Below are positions 58,683-64,000 of a DNA stretch of 64,000 nt, piece after piece (position 1 is the first letter of the stretch; every line of letters begins with the position of its first letter). Under the pieces are notes generated by a model. It was not told the origin of the DNA and searched no databases. It worked only from the letters and a program-made list of their open reading frames with translations. Made by a program: the position numbers and the translations under genes. Origin of the DNA: Desulfurivibrio sp. (GTDB taxonomy: Bacteria > Desulfobacterota > Desulfobulbia > Desulfobulbales > Desulfurivibrionaceae); NCBI GenBank assembly GCA_034522365.1, contig JAXHLI010000011.1:61766-125765 (forward strand). Direction: 5' to 3'.

Positions 58683-59783
58683 TTAAGCTTCTGTTGCGCG
58701 CAGGGCGCGTTCCTGCCCCTCGATGGAGGCGACCAGCCGGAACTGGCTGCCGGCCCGGCGCAGATTCTGTTCGGGGTCGCTGACCTTAAAATAAAGGTTG
58801 CCGGCCAAAAAGTCGCTGAAAAAACGTAGCCCCAGCTCAAAGGTCAGCAAGCGGCAGGCGTCGTAGATATAGGCGAAATCACTGTAGGTCAGCAGGGCCC
58901 GCATCTCACTCAGGTAGCCGCTTAGCAGGGCGTGGGCCAGTTCCAGCTCGAACACCGGCTGCCTGGCTTCCTCGCCGTGGGGATTGCAGCAGGAGCGCAA
59001 ACAGTCGCCGATATCATACTGGGTCAGGCCCGGTTTCAAGGTGTCATAATCGACCAGAGCCAGGGCCCGCTCTTCATCCTCGGCAAAGAGGATATTGTCC
59101 AGCTTGGGATCGCCATGGATTACCCGTTCCGGTAGGATTCCCCGGGAGCGGGCCTGCTCCAGCACCGCCGCCGCCTCCTGGCGCTGGTCGATAAACTCCC
59201 GGCAGAAAGCGGTCTCGTCGTCAACCCGGCCGGCTGGTTGTGCTTGCCGTAAGCGCCGGTAACGGGCCAGGGCCGAGGGTACCACATGGAAGGTGGGCAG
59301 GGGGTCGTACAGCCGGGCCGGCGGCAGGTCGTGGAGCAGGGCGTGGAAGCGGCCCAGGATGGCGCCGGCTTCGTTGGCCTGGCGGGGGTTTTCGAGGCCG
59401 GGCAGGGTCCGGCTGTGCTCGATAAAGAGCAGGGCCCGCCAGTAATGGCCCTGTTTATCGCAAAAATAATCCTCACCGTGGCGGGTGGTCAGCATGGTGA
59501 CGGCCTGGTGCTTTTTACCCAGTCCGGTCTGTTCGCTTTTAAGTGACAGGTGATCGCTTACCCGGCGCAGGTTGTGCAGCAGCAGTTGCGGTTGGGGGAA
59601 GACCTCCGGGTTGAGCCGTTGCAGCAGCAGCGACGGTTGCCCCCGGCGTCGAACCAGGTAGCTGTCGTTGATCAGGCCGCCGCCGTGGGGGGTGACGCTG
59701 ACAATCCCGGCGCCCGGGGTGAATTCGGCGGCGATGGCGGCGGGGGCCGCCGTGCTCGATGTTGGCACGTGGTCGTTTACCAT
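58683..59783 (-). CDS. APH/choline-kinase-fold phosphotransferase (N-acetylhexosamine kinase-like)
   Basis: GLINDSY, LQRLN..VF, IHGDPKLDNILF, DYDT, DIGD, GLRF..D.L.G..YF. Confidence 0.85.
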   Translation of the reverse strand: MVNDHVPTSSTAAPAAIAAEFTPGAGIVSVTPHGGGLINDSYLVRRRGQPSLLLQRLNPEVFPQPQLLLHNLRRVSDHLSLKSEQTGLGKKHQAVTMLTTRHGEDYFCDKQGHYWRALLFIEHSRTLPGLENPRQANEAGAILGRFHALLHDLPPARLYDPLPTFHVVPSALARYRRLRQAQPAGRVDDETAFCREFIDQRQEAAAVLEQARSRGILPERVIHGDPKLDNILFAEDEERALALVDYDTLKPGLTQYDIGDCLRSCCNPHGEEARQPVFELELAHALLSGYLSEMRALLTYSDFAYIYDACRLLTFELGLRFFSDFLAGNLYFKVSDPEQNLRRAGSQFRLVASIEGQERALRATEA

Positions 59784-59824
59784 ATAATTCGTCGTAAGCG
59801 TGCAGCCTGCCACTGGTTATGAAT

Positions 59825-59923
59825 TAAACGTTCAGTGAGCGTTCACCAAGGGCGACGACCACTCAGTTAGCGGGTCGCAAACTTTTAACAGTGCCGCAAG
59901 GTCTAGTGTTGCTGAGTGTTTAC
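59825..59923 (+). repeat. Long degenerate GTAAnCGTTCA-family element
   Basis: taaacgttca-gtgagcgttcaccaag...cagtgccgca...tgctgagtgtttac. Confidence 0.65.
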
Positions 59924-59925
59924 GT

Positions 59926-60378
59926 TCAGCAGGGTTGGCGGAAGCTGACCCGGAGGCGGCGGCCCTGTTCCCGCCATTGGAGGCTGTGGGCGAAGGTCTT
60001 GATAATGAAAATGCCCCGGCCGTTTTCGGCGGTGAGCTGCTCGCCGCGGGTGGGATCGGGCAGTTGGGAGGAATCGAAACCGTTGCCGGCGTCGGTGACC
60101 TCGAAGGTGAACAAGTCGTTAAAGGACCAGCGGAAGACAATGGGCAGGTCGTCACGGCGCTGATTGCCGTGCTTCCAGGCGTTGATGAGGGCCTCGGCCA
60201 GGGCCATGTGGATTTTGATTTCCACCGGGCCAAAACCCCGCTGCTCAATCTCATCTTTGATCAACTGCCAGCAGCCGTCCACCAACTCGTCGATATCCCC
60301 GAAATCCCCGGGGTAGAGAGTACGTTCGCCGGTGTCCGTCTCCGTCGGCCGTTTTGAGCTGGTTGTCCAGAATGTCAT
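59926..60378 (-). CDS. RsbW-like anti-sigma Ser/Thr kinase (HATPase_c)
   Basis: EALINAWKHGN, DAGNGFD, GRGIFII. Confidence 0.88.
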   Translation of the reverse strand: MTFWTTSSKRPTETDTGERTLYPGDFGDIDELVDGCWQLIKDEIEQRGFGPVEIKIHMALAEALINAWKHGNQRRDDLPIVFRWSFNDLFTFEVTDAGNGFDSSQLPDPTRGEQLTAENGRGIFIIKTFAHSLQWREQGRRLRVSFRQPC

Positions 60379-60454
60379 CCCACTGTCCATGCCGCCAAGC
60401 GTTGCCGCAACCAAAACCGCCCCTTGTGGAAAATTACCCGCTTCCCCGGTGGCA

Positions 60455-61633
60455 TCAGCCGGCCCCACGGTAGTGTAGTGCCAACATGGTAACGTCATCA
60501 CCGAAACGCACCTGATTCGAAAATCTTAACATCTTTTCTATTAAAAAGCCAAGGGTGGTTTGCTTATAAGGAAAACCATAGTGGTCGATCAGCTTGATCA
60601 ATCCCTGGTTGCCCAGCATCTCCTGGTTATCGGCGCCGCCGATCTCAATGGCCCCGTCGGTGTAAAACAGCAGCCCGTCGCCGGGTTCGATGGGCAGGAA
60701 GGTGACTTCGTAGACGTGGTCCTCCACCATGCCCAAAGGCAGGCTGGAGAGTTTGATCTGGCGGCTGCGCCCCTGGCGGTGGAGGATAAAGGAAGGGCTG
60801 CCGGCGGCGCAGAGGGCGATCGCTTCGGCCTGCAGGTCGATGACCCCGAAAAGGCCGGTGGCGAATGATTCCTCGTCGCGGACCAGGGCGCAGAGGCTGC
60901 GGTTGATGGCGCTGGCGAAGGTGGCCGGCCGGTCGATGAAGCGGCGGTTGTTTTCCCACAGCGAATGCAGGTGCATGGCGTAAAGCCCGGCGGCGGTGCC
61001 ATGCCCCATGACATCGGCGATGCAGAAGGCGTAACGCTTGTCGTCCAGCCGCTCCACCGTGTAGTAATCGCCCCCCAGCATGCCGAAGGGCAGGTAACGG
61101 GCAGCGAATTGCAAGCGGGGGTTGTCGTCCTCGGGTAATTGCATGGAAAGATTCTGGATTCGCCGGGCCCGTTCCAGATCCCGGATCTCCTCGGAGCAGT
61201 CCCGGAAGATTTCGACTCCGCCGATAACCTGCCCCTCATCGTCGAAAATGGGGGAGACGTTGACCTGCACCGGGATTCGGCGGCTGTCCTTGTGCAGCAG
61301 AAAGACCAGGCTGGGGCTGGTAGAGCAAGAACCGGTGGTCATCGCCCGTTGCAGCGGGCAGTGCTCCCTGCCGCAGAGCAGGTGGCCATCCTTGTCGGTG
61401 TGGCTGAGGATTTCATCAAAACAGCTTTTGCCAATCACCTCCGCCGCCGACCAGCCGCTGATTTGTTCGGCGGCCTGGTTCCAGTAAACGATGCGCCGCT
61501 GGCGATCGGTGACATAGACCCCGTCGTTGAGGGCGCCCAGGATCTGCTCGGCGCTATAGGAGGGCAGGGTCTGGTCGTCGCCGAGCAGGGCGCCGAGGTC
61601 GTGGTGGTTGGGCAAATCGGCAAGCTGATTCAT
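60455..61633 (-). CDS. PAS plus PP2C (SpoIIE/RsbU-like) phosphatase
   Basis: PAS WNQAAE..GW..EVIG; GGDYY, DVMGHG, YTDG, DDVT. Confidence 0.92.
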   Translation of the reverse strand: MNQLADLPNHHDLGALLGDDQTLPSYSAEQILGALNDGVYVTDRQRRIVYWNQAAEQISGWSAAEVIGKSCFDEILSHTDKDGHLLCGREHCPLQRAMTTGSCSTSPSLVFLLHKDSRRIPVQVNVSPIFDDEGQVIGGVEIFRDCSEEIRDLERARRIQNLSMQLPEDDNPRLQFAARYLPFGMLGGDYYTVERLDDKRYAFCIADVMGHGTAAGLYAMHLHSLWENNRRFIDRPATFASAINRSLCALVRDEESFATGLFGVIDLQAEAIALCAAGSPSFILHRQGRSRQIKLSSLPLGMVEDHVYEVTFLPIEPGDGLLFYTDGAIEIGGADNQEMLGNQGLIKLIDHYGFPYKQTTLGFLIEKMLRFSNQVRFGDDVTMLALHYRGAG

Positions 61634-64000
61634 GGTTTCGGGGTGTCTTGGGGAGTGTTGAAGAGGTCAAAAGCCGGGCGGCCGATATGGTATCCCTGGC
61701 CGTAGTCGACCCCCAGGTCCCGGCAGGCGGCCATGATCCGTTCATCCTCGACGAATTCGGCCACCGTCTTGACCTTGAGCTCCCGGGCCAGGGTAACGAT
61801 GCTTTTGGTGTAGGCCATGAAATCGCTATCATCAAGAATATTGCGGATAAATTCTCCTTCAATCTTAAGATAATCGATGGGGAACAGTTTCAGGTACTTA
61901 AAGGAGGAGTAGCCCGAACCGAAATCATCCACCGCGAAGCGGTAGCCTTCGGCTTTCATCCGGGTGACGAACTTCTGCAGCATCTCCACATTGCGGATGG
62001 TATCCCGTTCGGTGACCTCAAAGATGATCCGTTGGGGCGGGATCTCGTATTTTTGGCTCATCTCCTGGATCCTGGGGAGAAACTCCTGGAAGATAAAAGA
62101 TTTGGGGGTGATGTTGATAAACAACTCACCCTGGTAGTTATGCTCGGCCGCGTGCTTAAAGGCCTTTTCCATCAGCAGATGGTCAAGTTTGTGCAACATC
62201 CCGAGCCGGCCGGCGGCTTCGATAAAATCGCCGGCGGCGATCATGGTGCCGTCGGCGGCGGGGATCCGCATCAGCACTTCGTGGGCCTGGATTTCGCCAC
62301 TGTTAAGATCAAGGATCGGCTGGAAATAGGGCAGCAACGATCCCTCTTCCAGGGCCTGGTAGACCCGGAAGTTGATCTCACTCTCATCTTTGAAAATCCT
62401 GGTGATATCCTGCTCTTCGGGCTCGGCGATATTGTTCTTGCCCTCGCCCTTGACCTTGTACATCATATTGTCGGCCACCAGGAAAAGATCCTTGGCGTTT
62501 TTGCCGTGCTCCGGATACATGGCAATCCCCAGGGAGACGGTGGCCTGGACCCGGATCCCGTCGGGGGTCAGTACCCCCAGCCCGGAGATCGATTTGATGA
62601 TCCGATCGGCCACCGTCAGGGCCTGTTCGCGGCTGGTCTCCGGCAGCAGAATGGTGAATTCGTCGCCGCCGTAGCGGGCCACGAAGTCGCCGTCCCGCAC
62701 TGCCTGGCGCAGGACCTCGGCCAGTTGCTGCAGGAACATGTCGCCGAAGGCGTGGCCGTACTGATCGTTGACGGTCTTGAAGTTGTCCATGTCGATCAGC
62801 ACCAGGGCAAAAGGGTAGTCGTGGCGCTGGGCCCGGCCCACCTCGTAGCCCAGCAGTTCCCAGAACATCCGCTGGTTGTGGAGTTGGGTCAGGGGGTCGC
62901 GGGTGGCGTAGTATTCCAGGTCGCGGGTATAGCTGGAGATCGCCTTGACCGAGCCCACCAGGTTGAGCAGGGTGGCAAGCACGCTGTCCAGCACGATATG
63001 GCCGATCGAATCCAGGGCCATACCGGATTGCACCCCGATACCGACAATACCGCCCACCTTGGGGGCCTCCAGGAACATCGATTTGGTCCGCAGCTCGATA
63101 GTGCTCAGGTTCAGATCCTTGGGCAGGGGGATTTCGGAGCCGCAGTCGTGGTGGACGATCTTGACCGCTGGCGAATCGGTGGCCAGCTTGAACTGGGCGT
63201 AGATCTGGCGCTGGATCAGGTTTTCCAGCTCGGTTTTGGTCTGGTCGGAGGGGGTGGAGCGCCAGAAGACGTCGAGTTCGTATTCGTTGTCTCCTTCCTG
63301 GAAGAAGGCCAGCAGGGCGTAGGTGTCGAGGATGGTGTTGATATCCAGCAGCAGTTCCTTGATAAACTGCTGCCAGTTCTGGACCACGCTGGAGGTGATG
63401 ATGAATTTGTTCAATACCTTGATTTCAAACTCCAGGATATCCTTGTCCACCGCCACGTCATGGAGTTTTTCACTGAGCTCTCCCACCGCTCGGAAGGCCT
63501 CGGTCAGCTCGCTGAAACCCAGGTTGCTTTGGCCCAGTTGGGAAAGGGTGGGCAGATCGGTGATCGTTTTAATCTTGACGGTCTTTTCCCGGAATTCGGC
63601 GATCGCCGCGCTGATCCGGTTGACCACCAGGGTGGTGACCCCCACCACCAGGGCGATGGTCAGCAGGCCGTAGAGGACAAAAAGCCAGAGATACTGGCCG
63701 CGCATCTGGGCCGTCATCTCCGCGATATTCTGCTTGACCTCGACAATCCCCAGCACCGAGCCGATTTCGGCGTTGGGATGGCAGGAGAGGCAGGAGGCGT
63801 CATCGACGCGCAGGGCGTAAAGGTGCCGGGTGATGTCGCCTGCCGTGGTGGTTTGCTGGCCGTAGCCGGGCGCCAGGCCATTCTGTCGCACGGTTTCCAT
63901 AAAAGGGAAGCGTTGCTCGATCTCGCCGTAAAGCTCGCTGACCAGCGGACTGCGATAGACCTTGATATCGTAAGGGGTGTCGGCGTAGGACTGGCGGATC
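61630..64000 (-). CDS. Membrane GGDEF-EAL protein with periplasmic CxxCH sensor (5' end outside the window)
   Basis: CLSCH before the TM; intact GGDEF; EVLMR and DDFGSGYSS; frame open to the window edge. Confidence 0.92.
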   Translation of the reverse strand, partial: IRQSYADTPYDIKVYRSPLVSELYGEIEQRFPFMETVRQNGLAPGYGQQTTTAGDITRHLYALRVDDASCLSCHPNAEIGSVLGIVEVKQNIAEMTAQMRGQYLWLFVLYGLLTIALVVGVTTLVVNRISAAIAEFREKTVKIKTITDLPTLSQLGQSNLGFSELTEAFRAVGELSEKLHDVAVDKDILEFEIKVLNKFIITSSVVQNWQQFIKELLLDINTILDTYALLAFFQEGDNEYELDVFWRSTPSDQTKTELENLIQRQIYAQFKLATDSPAVKIVHHDCGSEIPLPKDLNLSTIELRTKSMFLEAPKVGGIVGIGVQSGMALDSIGHIVLDSVLATLLNLVGSVKAISSYTRDLEYYATRDPLTQLHNQRMFWELLGYEVGRAQRHDYPFALVLIDMDNFKTVNDQYGHAFGDMFLQQLAEVLRQAVRDGDFVARYGGDEFTILLPETSREQALTVADRIIKSISGLGVLTPDGIRVQATVSLGIAMYPEHGKNAKDLFLVADNMMYKVKGEGKNNIAEPEEQDITRIFKDESEINFRVYQALEEGSLLPYFQPILDLNSGEIQAHEVLMRIPAADGTMIAAGDFIEAAGRLGMLHKLDHLLMEKAFKHAAEHNYQGELFINITPKSFIFQEFLPRIQEMSQKYEIPPQRIIFEVTERDTIRNVEMLQKFVTRMKAEGYRFAVDDFGSGYSSFKYLKLFPIDYLKIEGEFIRNILDDSDFMAYTKSIVTLARELKVKTVAEFVEDERIMAACRDLGVDYGQGYHIGRPAFDLFNTPQDTPKP

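Noticed and set aside
10858-59923. CRISPR array or integron attC interpretation of the repeats
   Set aside because: Copies are dispersed and degenerate, not regularly spaced; no cas genes or integrase in the window.

Overview
GC-rich chromosomal window, most consistent with a haloalkaliphilic Desulfobulbales bacterium (Desulfurivibrio-like; inferred from gene content, not a database hit). From left to right: an ABC ATPase and a CLC-CBS transporter; a three-gene operon with two MamK-family actins flanking a membrane-anchored coiled-coil protein, with no other magnetosome genes in the window; glycine-methylation betaine synthesis (GSMT/SDMT); the rpsB-tsf-pyrH-frr-uppS-cdsA-dxr-rseP-tsaB cluster; pepF; a divergent topoisomerase IV; cell-envelope enzymes; hom-apgM; FapA; a ~16 kb metal/iron region (two Feo systems, a CPC-type P1B ATPase, MarR, vapBC, STAS and DUF2325 proteins, a ferrosome-like fezB/fezC pair and a porin) whose promoters share a TTAGG-N3/4-CCTAA-like operator; selA; and c-di-GMP/partner-switching signalling genes. 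About ten copies of a modular GTAAnCGTTCA intergenic repeat are scattered across the window. Many single-base indels between ~31 and 53 kb could be consensus errors rather than real pseudogenes. Best candidate for an undescribed system: the non-magnetosome dual-MamK plus membrane-anchor cytoskeleton (2704-5653).
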